Part shown: positions 1 to 9,172 of the stretch, piece after piece
Position numbering within the stretch: position 1 is the first letter of the stretch
Layout: every line of letters starts with the position of its first letter
Source: Methylophaga sp.
Lineage (GTDB): Bacteria; Pseudomonadota; Gammaproteobacteria; Nitrosococcales; Methylophagaceae
Length of the DNA stretch: 52,005 nucleotides
Reading direction: 5' to 3'
NCBI GenBank assembly: GCA_033721795.1
Contig: JAWWAG010000001.1
Location: 1-52,005 of the forward strand
Translations under genes and position numbers: made by a program
Notes under the pieces: generated by a model
What the model was told of the DNA's origin: nothing
What the model saw: the letters and a program-made list of their open reading frames with translations, nothing else
Databases searched by the model: none

Positions 1-10
1 GTAACAATCT

Positions 11-700
11 ATGCGTGGGCTGATATTACTATTAGCGGCCATCTTCAGCACCCACTTGCTGGCCGAACCTATCCGTCAAGTCATCAATGGTGACGGTTCT
101 GTAGAATTTACCAATGCTGATGTGCCGGCCAGCAAAACTACCCGTACCAGCCGGCAAACCATCATTTATAAATCTATCAATAATGCCGGTGATGGCGTGG
201 TGTTTTCTGACCAGAAACCATTGGCCGGTGAATTTGAAGTCCTGCGCTACGACTGCTTCGCATGTAACCCGGATTCCCCGATAAACTGGTATTCAATTGC
301 ACTTAATACCAATGCCTACCGCAACGAAGTCAAACAGCTGGCAACAAAGTATCAGATTGATCCGGCGTTGGTAAGGGCAGTGATTCATGCCGAATCAGCT
401 TTTAAAGTCAATGCACTCTCCAATAAAGGCGCACAGGGTTTAATGCAACTGATGCCTGGCACCGCACGAGATATGGGCGTTAAAAATGCCTTTGACGCCA
501 AACAAAATATCGAAGGCGGAGTGAAATATCTGGCCTGGCTACTGAAAACCTTTAATGGCGATACTAAACTGGCCATTGCAGCTTACAATGCCGGCCCCGG
601 CGCCGTTAAACGCTATAACGGCATTCCACCCTATGCCGAAACCGAAGTCTATGTCGAACGGGTCGGTATCCTTCATCAGCGTTATAAAAACACCAGCTAA
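11..700 (+). CDS. Exported lytic transglycosylase (SLT domain) with N-terminal DUF4124-like region
   Basis: Signal peptide; SLT motifs HAESAF (catalytic Glu), GAQGLMQLMP, AAYNAGPG, PPYAET. Confidence 0.9.
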   Translation: MRGLILLLAAIFSTHLLAEPIRQVINGDGSVEFTNADVPASKTTRTSRQTIIYKSINNAGDGVVFSDQKPLAGEFEVLRYDCFACNPDSPINWYSIALNTNAYRNEVKQLATKYQIDPALVRAVIHAESAFKVNALSNKGAQGLMQLMPGTARDMGVKNAFDAKQNIEGGVKYLAWLLKTFNGDTKLAIAAYNAGPGAVKRYNGIPPYAETEVYVERVGILHQRYKNTS

Positions 701-1086
701 ACAACGATCATATTAGGTTATTTTGTTGGCTTTCGATTGTCACGTTCCAACTTTTCACAGGAACATTCCAGAATCCTTCACTGCTCTAATCGGACCAAGG
801 TTTATTGATCTGCCATGGCGCATCTGTTGTGACGCTGATAGCTCAACGGACTTTAGTGCAACTACGGGTTGCCCGCAACACTCTTGATGCAGGTTATTGC
901 TGCATTACACTATGACCGAGAAAATGATATCCAGATAATAGCTGTTAAAGGTAAGATTGTTTTGTCTTGGCCCGGCGCAGCTACTTTCACAAAAGCTTCA
1001 TCCGAGCTGCTAATAATGGTAATACAATTTTATGAAAGCAACCCAGCCAATTTGTAGCATCTTATTCATCGTAATTAAGGTACCAA

Positions 1087-1737
1087 ATGAATTTTTATAA
1101 ATTATTTACCGGACTGTGTTTGCTTTTCACCAGCAGTTTAACTTTTGCTGATATGAGCTTTCTCGTGAAGGATCAAAATGGAAAAGTCCTTCCGGATGTC
1201 GTTTTGGAAGTTGTCAGCGACCCAACTCAACCAGGACCTGATAACGATGTGGGCATCATGGATCAAATCGATAAAGCCTTTGTACCCGAGTTAGTTATTG
1301 TCCAAAAAGGACAGTTAGTCGATTTTCCCAATAGTGATAACATTCGCCACCATGTTTATTCCTTCTCGCCGGCAAAAACATTCGAATTAAAGCTTTATGC
1401 AGACCGGCCGGAAAAACCGGTGCTATTTGACCAGCATGGTGTTGTCGTATTGGGCTGTAATATTCATGACTCAATGGTGGGTTATATCTACGTTGCAGCT
1501 GATAAACGTAATGCCAGAACTAATCAACAAGGCACTGCGCGGTTGCCGGTCACATCAGAAGACAGTCAAATCAGTGTCTGGCATGCCAATCAAAGTGAAG
1601 GCCCCGAGCATCGGGAGATTTATACCATCAGCGCGCTCGAACAAAGCGCCGACAAACAAAATTATATTGTGACCTTGGACATCACGCCGCCGCCGGCCCG
1701 TGATACTTTTGAAGACACTTTCCGTGCGAATTTTTAA
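1087..1737 (+). CDS. Exported cupredoxin-domain protein (often auto-labelled methylamine utilization protein)
   Basis: Signal peptide; MDQIDKAFVP, FPNSDNIRHHVYSFS and GCNIHDSM supply His/Cys/His/Met type-1 Cu ligands; AAGG RBS. Confidence 0.8.
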   Translation: MNFYKLFTGLCLLFTSSLTFADMSFLVKDQNGKVLPDVVLEVVSDPTQPGPDNDVGIMDQIDKAFVPELVIVQKGQLVDFPNSDNIRHHVYSFSPAKTFELKLYADRPEKPVLFDQHGVVVLGCNIHDSMVGYIYVAADKRNARTNQQGTARLPVTSEDSQISVWHANQSEGPEHREIYTISALEQSADKQNYIVTLDITPPPARDTFEDTFRANF

Positions 1738-4075
1738 CAAAAGCCTTCGTCAACAAATTGTTCTGCTTCTGGTATTACTAGTTTTACTAACCACAATTGC
1801 GATCCAGGTTACATCCTGGTGGTCTGCCCGAAACTTCAATAATCAACAAATTAATCAGCAGATTCTTAATGCCATCGATATTCTGACGGAATACTCGCAG
1901 GCTCGTGAAGAATTGTTGATAACGGCTTCGCGGGTATTGACCGCTGATTTTGGTTTTAAAAATGCGGTTGCCACTGCTGATAAAGAAACCTTGAAGAGCA
2001 TGTTACAAAATCATGGTGAGCGAATTAACGCTGACTTGATGATGCTGTCCAATCTGGAAGGTGAATTGATAGCTGACTCCAGTGAATTAGGTGCGCCCAA
2101 GCAGTTTCTGAATCAACTGCAAATTTCTTTGCAATCAACCCCTAATCGGGCTCAGCTTGCCGTTGTTAATGGCAAGTTATATCAGTTGATTTTGCAACCC
2201 GTTTTGGCGCCAAGAGCCATTGCTTACACGTTGATTGGGTTTGAAATGGATCAACAGATCCTTGAAAAACTGACCAATTTGACGATGATGGAACTAAGCT
2301 TCCTGTCAAACGAGCAAGTGTTGTTGACCAGTATTGACACGATGGCTTCACAAGATGCATCTATAGACTCACTGGCTGAACATTCGGTAGATTGGTTTAT
2401 CTGGTCGCGTCCGGCTTTTATTAATACGGAACTGCGTCCTCTCACGCCGCAATATGACCCTGTTACGGTGATATTAACGGCTGATTTGCGACCAGTTTAC
2501 GAAGAATATGACAGTTTGGCCTTGAAAATCATCGGCGTTGCCAGCTTTATCATGGTCTGCGCCGTGCTGAGTGGTCTATTTTTTGCCGATCGTATTGTAC
2601 GGCCGATTTCTAAGCTGGTGGGTGTTGCGCAAAGATTCTCACAAGGTGACTATCAGCAGGATATTCAAACAGGCAAAAGCAGCTCGGAAATAAAGTCTTT
2701 GTCCAATGCCCTGAGAACCATGGGCCAGGATATTCAAATACGTGAAAATCAAATCACTTTTCAGGCAGAACATGATGGTCTGACTGGCTTACTGAATGCG
2801 CCTAAACTGCGCAGCATCCTGGAAAGGGCTTTGCCGGAAATGGGCAAATCGCTGCAAATTGCTTTTTATATCGATAATTTCCGTCAAATAAATGATCAGT
2901 TGGGGCCTGAGTTTGCTGATAACTGCCTGCAAATAATTGCCCGGCGTCTTAACAAGATTAATTATCCGCATAAACAATTTCATGCCCGCATGGATGGCAT
3001 TGAATTTATTTCGGTATTGCAATTAGATGACAGCCATCGGCCCAATCAACTGACTGATGAAATTCTCGAATATCTTGAAAGACCATTAACCCACAAAGAT
3101 ATAGAGTTACAGCTTCGGTTTTATTGCGGTATCACACTGTATCCGGAACATGGTGACGATCAACAAACGATTCTAAGGCGCACCCGCATTGCCGCAGATT
3201 ATGCCCGTAGCCAGCATAAACGGCTGCACTGTTATGAACCCGGTCAGGATGAGGCCCGCCTGGAACAATTGTCCATGGTCGAAGCACTCAATGCCGCGCT
3301 CAAATTACAATCAGATGAGCTGTATTTACACTTTCAACCCAAAGTGAATATAGAAAACCATACCGTTACTGCTGTAGAAACGTTAATCCGCTGGCAACGA
3401 CCGGGTAGCGGTAATGTCCGGCCGGATATTTTTATCGATCTGGCTGAGCAGGCCGGTTTGATTGTGTCTTTGACCCGCTGGGTGGTCAAGCAGACGATGC
3501 AACAGTTAAAATCTTGGCATCAGGCCGGTTTACCGCTGCAGGCAGCCATCAATGTCTCTGCTGAAGATATTTGTCATCCGATGTTTTGCCAGATGATGGA
3601 ACAATCAACGACGCTTGCTGGCATTGCCCCCCAGTTCTGTATCATCGAAATTACGGAACGCGATATTATGTATGACGAGGCCGTTGGCCTGTTGACACTG
3701 AAATCGCTGAAAAAAATGGGTTTTCGGATAGCGCTGGATGACTACGGGATCGGCCAGTCGACGCTGGTCAAACTAAAAGATTTACCCGTTGATGAACTGA
3801 AACTCGATAAAGCTTTTATCATGACGCTGGATCAATCTGATAAAAATCAGAAGATTGTCCGCGCCACGATAAACATGGCCCATAGTTTAGGTATGAAAGT
3901 GGTTGCGGAAGGGGTAGAAAATGCCGCCTCGCTGCAATTACTGAAAGAAATGGCCTGTGATGCGGTCCAAGGCTATCACCTGGCAAAACCCATGGGACCT
4001 GCGCAATTAGAAATCTGGCTGGAGAATAATGATGCGGCTTATCATGTGCCTGCTCTCGCTGCTAATAACAAATAA
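1700..4075 (+). CDS. Membrane c-di-GMP phosphodiesterase: dCache-HAMP-degenerate GGDEF-EAL (start may be GTG at 1724)
   Basis: Two TM segments flanking a periplasmic domain; HAMP; GGDEF site degenerate (RMDGIEF); EAL motifs ETLIRW, EITE, DDYGIGQS, ELKLD, AEGVE, QGY. Confidence 0.88.
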   Translation: MILLKTLSVRIFNKSLRQQIVLLLVLLVLLTTIAIQVTSWWSARNFNNQQINQQILNAIDILTEYSQAREELLITASRVLTADFGFKNAVATADKETLKSMLQNHGERINADLMMLSNLEGELIADSSELGAPKQFLNQLQISLQSTPNRAQLAVVNGKLYQLILQPVLAPRAIAYTLIGFEMDQQILEKLTNLTMMELSFLSNEQVLLTSIDTMASQDASIDSLAEHSVDWFIWSRPAFINTELRPLTPQYDPVTVILTADLRPVYEEYDSLALKIIGVASFIMVCAVLSGLFFADRIVRPISKLVGVAQRFSQGDYQQDIQTGKSSSEIKSLSNALRTMGQDIQIRENQITFQAEHDGLTGLLNAPKLRSILERALPEMGKSLQIAFYIDNFRQINDQLGPEFADNCLQIIARRLNKINYPHKQFHARMDGIEFISVLQLDDSHRPNQLTDEILEYLERPLTHKDIELQLRFYCGITLYPEHGDDQQTILRRTRIAADYARSQHKRLHCYEPGQDEARLEQLSMVEALNAALKLQSDELYLHFQPKVNIENHTVTAVETLIRWQRPGSGNVRPDIFIDLAEQAGLIVSLTRWVVKQTMQQLKSWHQAGLPLQAAINVSAEDICHPMFCQMMEQSTTLAGIAPQFCIIEITERDIMYDEAVGLLTLKSLKKMGFRIALDDYGIGQSTLVKLKDLPVDELKLDKAFIMTLDQSDKNQKIVRATINMAHSLGMKVVAEGVENAASLQLLKEMACDAVQGYHLAKPMGPAQLEIWLENNDAAYHVPALAANNK

Positions 4076-4862
4076 TGCATACGCTGCTGACGGTAAATTG
4101 TTAGCAACCCCTGGCATATCACAAATAGAAGGTGCGGCAGGTGGCGGTTTTGTGCCTTGGGCACAGCTTGCAGGCTATGGCAGCCGAGAAGAAATTGCCG
4201 GTAATATCTTTTGCAGCCGGGGAAACACAGATAACTATCATTTGAATGTTTGTGGTGCCCAGATTGGTTTATATGATCGTGTTGAATTGTCCCTGGCCCG
4301 TCAGCAATTTCATGTCGATGCACTGGATTTGAATATTGAACAGCGAGTGTTTGGAGCCAAAGTTCGTTTGTATGGCGATATTGTATATAGTCGATGGCCG
4401 CAGATCAGTGCAGGCGTTCAGCATAAAAAACTGGATGATCCTTTGGTAGCCGATTTACTGGGCGCCGATGATGATAGCGGTGTTGATATTTATGTCGCTG
4501 CCAGTAAATTACATCTTGGCGCTATCGCCGGTTATAACTGGTTTTGGAATGTTACCGCCCGCTCAACCGATGCCAATCAGACAGGCCTCTTGGGATTTGG
4601 CAGTACTGATGGCAGTGCACAGCGGGAATGGCAGTTGGAAGCCTCAACAGCCATTTTATTAAACCGGCATGTAGCGGTTGGGATCGAATACCGGCAAAAA
4701 CCCGATAATCTGGGTCCTAAAGAAGATGACTGGCAAAATATTTTTATTGCCTGGTTTCCCAATAAATATATCAGCCTGACCGCCGCCTATCTGGATTTAG
4801 GCGATATTGCCGGCGCCCAATCGCAGCGCGGCAGTTACTTTTCTGTGACGGGGTATTTTTAA
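4029..4862 (+). CDS. DUF3034 family protein, predicted outer-membrane beta-barrel
   Basis: Signal peptide; KLLATPGISQIEGAAGGG(F)VPWA and EYRQKPDNL motifs; amphipathic strands; C-terminal YFSVTGYF beta-signal. Confidence 0.8.
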   Translation: MMRLIMCLLSLLITNNAYAADGKLLATPGISQIEGAAGGGFVPWAQLAGYGSREEIAGNIFCSRGNTDNYHLNVCGAQIGLYDRVELSLARQQFHVDALDLNIEQRVFGAKVRLYGDIVYSRWPQISAGVQHKKLDDPLVADLLGADDDSGVDIYVAASKLHLGAIAGYNWFWNVTARSTDANQTGLLGFGSTDGSAQREWQLEASTAILLNRHVAVGIEYRQKPDNLGPKEDDWQNIFIAWFPNKYISLTAAYLDLGDIAGAQSQRGSYFSVTGYF

Positions 4863-5275
4863 TGCGCTTACTGATGTTAGCTGCGGTATTGTTATTGAGT
4901 GCATGCGCCAGTCAGCCCAAAACCACGCTTTATGACGATTTGGGCGGCGCGCCGGGCATCGATGCTATTGTCGAAAATTTTATTAAAGGCATTGCGTCTG
5001 ACCCGGAAATATTCCCTTACTTTGCTGACAGCCATGTCAGCCGATTCCGGGAAAAGATTACCGAGCATTTTTGCCATATCAGCAATGGCCCATGCCAATA
5101 CACTGGCGACAATATGGTTGATATTCATGTTGGTATGGATATCAATGAAAATCACTTCAACCGGACTGTGGACCTGCTTTACGAGGCCATGGAACAGGAG
5201 AACATCCCACATCGCACTCAGAACCGGCTGATTGCGCGACTCGCACCGCTACGTAAACAGATTATTTATCGTTAG
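4862..5275 (+). CDS. Group I (2/2) truncated haemoglobin, lipoprotein
   Basis: TLYDDLGG, GP-x-x-YTG and proximal His (IHVGM) motifs; lipobox LSAC; TAATG overlap with the upstream gene. Confidence 0.88.
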   Translation: MRLLMLAAVLLLSACASQPKTTLYDDLGGAPGIDAIVENFIKGIASDPEIFPYFADSHVSRFREKITEHFCHISNGPCQYTGDNMVDIHVGMDINENHFNRTVDLLYEAMEQENIPHRTQNRLIARLAPLRKQIIYR

Positions 5276-6680
5276 TTTTGCTGTCGCCGGCAACGTGAGT
5301 AAAAATTACCTGATTCCGGCCATTTTCTTTCGCCCGGTACAGCGCTGAATCCGCTGCATCCAGGATCTTATCCAATGTTGGCTGTGGTTCGTCCGGCCAT
5401 ATAATACAAACGCCAGTACTCATCGTCACGCTGATTAAATTTTGCTCATAAGCAATTGGCGTGACGGCAATAATTTGTCGTAAACGTTCAAACGCGTTCG
5501 TTGCTTCATCCGGCAGCACTTCCATGGCGATAATAAATTCCTCTCCGCCAAAGCGGCCAAAAATATCATATTCACGCATGGCGTTTCTTAAGCGGTCAGT
5601 AAATTTCCGCAGAACGACATCGCCGACCGAGTGCCCATAATTATCGTTAATATGTTTAAAGTTATCGATATCACACAGTGCAATACAATAAATACTATCG
5701 GAACGTGCTACCCGGCTTAGTTCTTCACGGATCCGCTGCAAACTGGCATGACGATTTAAAACATGGGTCAATTGATCATAATTAGCCCGGTACACCAAAT
5801 CTTTGTATAACGCTGATAAAGGATCAGCCAGACGCCATGCCAACATTGAGCTGAGCCATATTGCCAATAACAATATCACTGCCGCCATCAGTAAAGAGCG
5901 AATGTGTAATTCTTGAAGTGCTTTTTCGAAGTTGCTGATATCCGCTTGTAAATAGAGTTTTATCGGTGTTGTTTTATCAGTATTGGCTAAAGGAACGGCT
6001 TGTACCATCGACTTCTCAGCCATTAAAGTTGATACATCAAAGCCATCCGCTGAATCATCGCTGTTGTGCCATAAAGCTGGTGTAGAGCTGAAGATATGTT
6101 GACCATCGCCGACCACAAAATGCAGTGCCATGCCTGTTTTTAATTGCAGGCTTCTCAGTAATTCAGGAGTGATTTGATAGCCAATCAGACTGTAAGCAAT
6201 GGCCCTGGGAGCTTTGACCGGTAAAATAAAGCAACGGTACAACTGATCACCCAGCAGCATAAAACGGCCTGTCTCGTCAGACAGTTTGTCATTCCGCCAT
6301 GTCTGTAAATCCACCATGTCGGGTTGTGACTGCAGATTGCCGGCAACAAAATCACCATCGCGATCGAGAATCAGCAGCAGATCTGCCTGCATACGCTGAC
6401 TGTGGTTACGCAACATACTGCTGATGGTTGGCGCATGACCACTCGCCACGGCCTGGCGAAAACCAAAATCTTTTGTAATTACTTCAGCCGAATTGAGCAA
6501 GTTGGCTTCGCGGCTATGCAGATATTGCTGCAAAAATTGTTCGGCTGTGGATACCTGTATCGCTAATTGCTGTTGATGATAATTACGGATGAACCACCAA
6601 TTACTGATTTGCACTGCGATAACTGTCAGCAGAACCAGCGCTAAACAAATCAGCATGATTCTGGTTTTAATGCGGTTCAT
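5262..6680 (-). CDS. Membrane diguanylate cyclase (dCache-GGEEF)
   Basis: Two TM segments; DQLT, DIDNFKHINDNYGH, RxxD I-site (REYD), RFGGEEF. Confidence 0.9.
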   Translation of the reverse strand: MNRIKTRIMLICLALVLLTVIAVQISNWWFIRNYHQQQLAIQVSTAEQFLQQYLHSREANLLNSAEVITKDFGFRQAVASGHAPTISSMLRNHSQRMQADLLLILDRDGDFVAGNLQSQPDMVDLQTWRNDKLSDETGRFMLLGDQLYRCFILPVKAPRAIAYSLIGYQITPELLRSLQLKTGMALHFVVGDGQHIFSSTPALWHNSDDSADGFDVSTLMAEKSMVQAVPLANTDKTTPIKLYLQADISNFEKALQELHIRSLLMAAVILLLAIWLSSMLAWRLADPLSALYKDLVYRANYDQLTHVLNRHASLQRIREELSRVARSDSIYCIALCDIDNFKHINDNYGHSVGDVVLRKFTDRLRNAMREYDIFGRFGGEEFIIAMEVLPDEATNAFERLRQIIAVTPIAYEQNLISVTMSTGVCIIWPDEPQPTLDKILDAADSALYRAKENGRNQVIFTHVAGDSKTNDK

Positions 6681-6802
6681 TTATTTGCCAAATATCCATA
6701 AGAGACAGACGCTTCACTAAAGCGTCTTTATCTCTTGCCAATACCGATGGTGTCAAGCAATTAACTCAAAAATTCGTGGAGGGATTGGTTTTTAAAAATG
6801 AC

Positions 6803-8545
6803 TTATGGCAATGCCCAGACTTTTAATGTTTGCCCTGCCGGAAAACCAAATAATTTATTGCCACCAGCTGCTACAGCAATATACTGACGGTCATCGATTT
6901 GGTAGGTAATCGGTGGCGCATTAACACCAGCTTCGGTGGGCGCTGACCAGACTTTTTCACCATTATCAGCATCAAAGGCCATGAGCTCGCCTTTGCCTTC
7001 TCCGGTAAAGACCAGACCACCCGACGTACTCAATACCCCACCAATCAATGGACTCTCAGTTTGATGCTGCCAGACGATATCCCCGGTATCGATATTGATT
7101 GCCGTTAATAAACCATAACTTTCCGATTTATCCAACGGCGCCATTGAGGAATAGCTTAATGCAGGCTGACGCTCTGTGGCTTCGCGCTTATGGAGTTTGT
7201 ATTCGACCGGCCAGTGAACCGCAGCAATATATACTTGGCGTTTGTCCTCATCCAGTGCAACCGGAGACCAATTGGCACCGCCCAAAACACCGGGGTAAAT
7301 CACATTGCCCGCTTCCGTTGGCAATGTGAACATATTGTGCTGAGGCACAAAAGCTTCGCTTTTATAGAGAAATTTGCCATTACGGCGATCATGTACATAA
7401 AACCAGCCTGTTTTGCCGGCCTGACCAATGACCGGTACCGGCTCGCCATTGACACTGATTTCAAACAATACCGGCGGACTGGCCACATCATATCCCCAGC
7501 TATCGTGTGGCACTTGCTGATAATGCCAGCGATAGGCGCCAGTTGCCGCATCAACTGCCACCAGAGAATTGGTGTACAAATTATCACCGGGGCGAGAAGA
7601 ACCCTCCATTTGAGGTGAAGGGTTACCGGTACCAAAATGCAAAATGCCGGTATTCAAATCAATGACCGGGGTGCTCCAGGCAGATCCGCCACCATAACGC
7701 CAAGCATCTTTATGATCGTCGAGCGCCGCTTTTTCAGCAGCAATATCACGGGGTAATTCAACGCCATCAGCTGTTACCTTGGTGAAATCTCCTTCCCAAT
7801 TATGGTGCTTGATGGTGTCAAATTGCCAGACTTGCTCGCCACTATCAATATCATAGGCTGCCAGAAAGCCCATACGGCCATAGTTACCGGCAATACCGAC
7901 CACTGCCCCAAGTGCCGAATCGGATTCCGGTAAATCCAGATGCAGCCCATAGCCCACCCCGGTAATACCAACAATTACCTTATCCTGATAAATTACCGGC
8001 GCCATATTAATGCCCGCCCCGGAAGCACCTGACGCCTTACCGAATTCTTTGCTGATGTCACTGGCATCTTCCTGAACACCGCGGTTTTGACCAACGACAT
8101 TTTTATCCCAGATTTTTTCACCGGTTTTAGCGTCCAGTGCAATCAGCCTCGCATCAATTGTGCCCATAAACACCTTACCATCACCCACCGCCACACCGCG
8201 ATTGGCAGGACCACAGCAAATTGGATAATCTTCAGTCAAATCATGGTCGTATCGCCATAACTCTTGGCCTGTTGTGGCGTCCAGCGCCACCACATTATTG
8301 AACGGTAAAGACAGATACATCACCGCGTTCTTGACTACCGGGGTGGCCTGGAAAGTGGTGTTATCACCACCTTTATATTCCCAAACCGGCTGTAATGCCG
8401 AAACATTATCAGTATCTATCTGTAATGCCGGACTATGCCGATGATGAAATTCATCACCACCATAAACCGGCCATTCAATATCATCAGCCGATATTGATAA
8501 TGGAAAAATTATGGCCAGCAGCCCCAGCAAATGCTTTATATTCAT
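6803..8545 (-). CDS. PQQ-binding 8-bladed beta-propeller, alcohol-dehydrogenase-like with an atypical active site
   Basis: Signal peptide; repeated ALDAxTGxxxW Trp-docking motifs; CCGPANRG vicinal Cys; GTGNPSP; RPGDNLY; HDSWGYD. Confidence 0.88.
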   Translation of the reverse strand: MNIKHLLGLLAIIFPLSISADDIEWPVYGGDEFHHRHSPALQIDTDNVSALQPVWEYKGGDNTTFQATPVVKNAVMYLSLPFNNVVALDATTGQELWRYDHDLTEDYPICCGPANRGVAVGDGKVFMGTIDARLIALDAKTGEKIWDKNVVGQNRGVQEDASDISKEFGKASGASGAGINMAPVIYQDKVIVGITGVGYGLHLDLPESDSALGAVVGIAGNYGRMGFLAAYDIDSGEQVWQFDTIKHHNWEGDFTKVTADGVELPRDIAAEKAALDDHKDAWRYGGGSAWSTPVIDLNTGILHFGTGNPSPQMEGSSRPGDNLYTNSLVAVDAATGAYRWHYQQVPHDSWGYDVASPPVLFEISVNGEPVPVIGQAGKTGWFYVHDRRNGKFLYKSEAFVPQHNMFTLPTEAGNVIYPGVLGGANWSPVALDEDKRQVYIAAVHWPVEYKLHKREATERQPALSYSSMAPLDKSESYGLLTAINIDTGDIVWQHQTESPLIGGVLSTSGGLVFTGEGKGELMAFDADNGEKVWSAPTEAGVNAPPITYQIDDRQYIAVAAGGNKLFGFPAGQTLKVWALP

Positions 8546-8560
8546 GCAAATCTCTTAAAA

Positions 8561-9163
8561 TCAGGCAGGTAAGTCAGTAACCGTTTCAACCACGGCGGCA
8601 TATAAATCCCGTGTTGAGGCAAGCGCAGCATCTTGAACCTGTTGGGCCGGCAGCAGTTTGCCATTGGCTGCCAGCAAAGGTCGCGTTGCGGTGGTACTGG
8701 CAACAATAGTGGGTTTGTAGCCAAGGTTAAAGCCACCATGCGCGGTAGAATTAACACACATATGAGTCATAAAGCCGGCCAGCACAATATTTTCAATGCC
8801 CAATGTTTTCAGGCGTTCATCCAAATCAGTTTGGATGAACGCATTGGGAAAGTTTTTGGTAATAACCAGTTCACCATCAATCGGGGCGACTTCATCTGAA
8901 ATCTGCCCCATATCGGTAGTCAAGTCATAAGGCGAACCTTCCCCGCCATCATGACGGATATGGACTATGGGGATTTGCATATCCCGCGCCTTTTGCAGCA
9001 ATTTTTTGGCCTCAGTAATGGCTTGTTCAACGCCCGTCAGTTGCATAACACCGGTTCGATAAGTGTTCTGACAATCGATCATGATTAATGCCGAATCAGC
9101 AAATTTTGCAGGGGTATGGCCTAGTCCTACAATATCCCGCAGGGAGGTAGTTGTTTGCGTCAT
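8561..9163 (-). CDS. Isochorismatase-family cysteine hydrolase
   Basis: IDCQN (Asp), ITKNFPNAF (Lys), GFMTHMCV (Cys) triad. Confidence 0.9.
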   Translation of the reverse strand: MTQTTTSLRDIVGLGHTPAKFADSALIMIDCQNTYRTGVMQLTGVEQAITEAKKLLQKARDMQIPIVHIRHDGGEGSPYDLTTDMGQISDEVAPIDGELVITKNFPNAFIQTDLDERLKTLGIENIVLAGFMTHMCVNSTAHGGFNLGYKPTIVASTTATRPLLAANGKLLPAQQVQDAALASTRDLYAAVVETVTDLPA

Positions 9164-9172
9164 AGTAATTCC

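Noticed and set aside
701-1086. 62-aa ORF 869-1057 or a riboswitch in the intergenic region
   Set aside because: TTG start, no RBS or recognisable motif; no c-di-GMP riboswitch consensus recognisable by eye
1087-1737. Methylamine utilisation (mauL/amicyanin) gene call
   Set aside because: No methylamine dehydrogenase genes nearby; the context is c-di-GMP signalling
6803-8545. xoxF/mxaF/exaF methanol or ethanol dehydrogenase call
   Set aside because: Catalytic Asp and metal-binding Glu are missing; no cytochrome c or xoxJ/mxaJ neighbours
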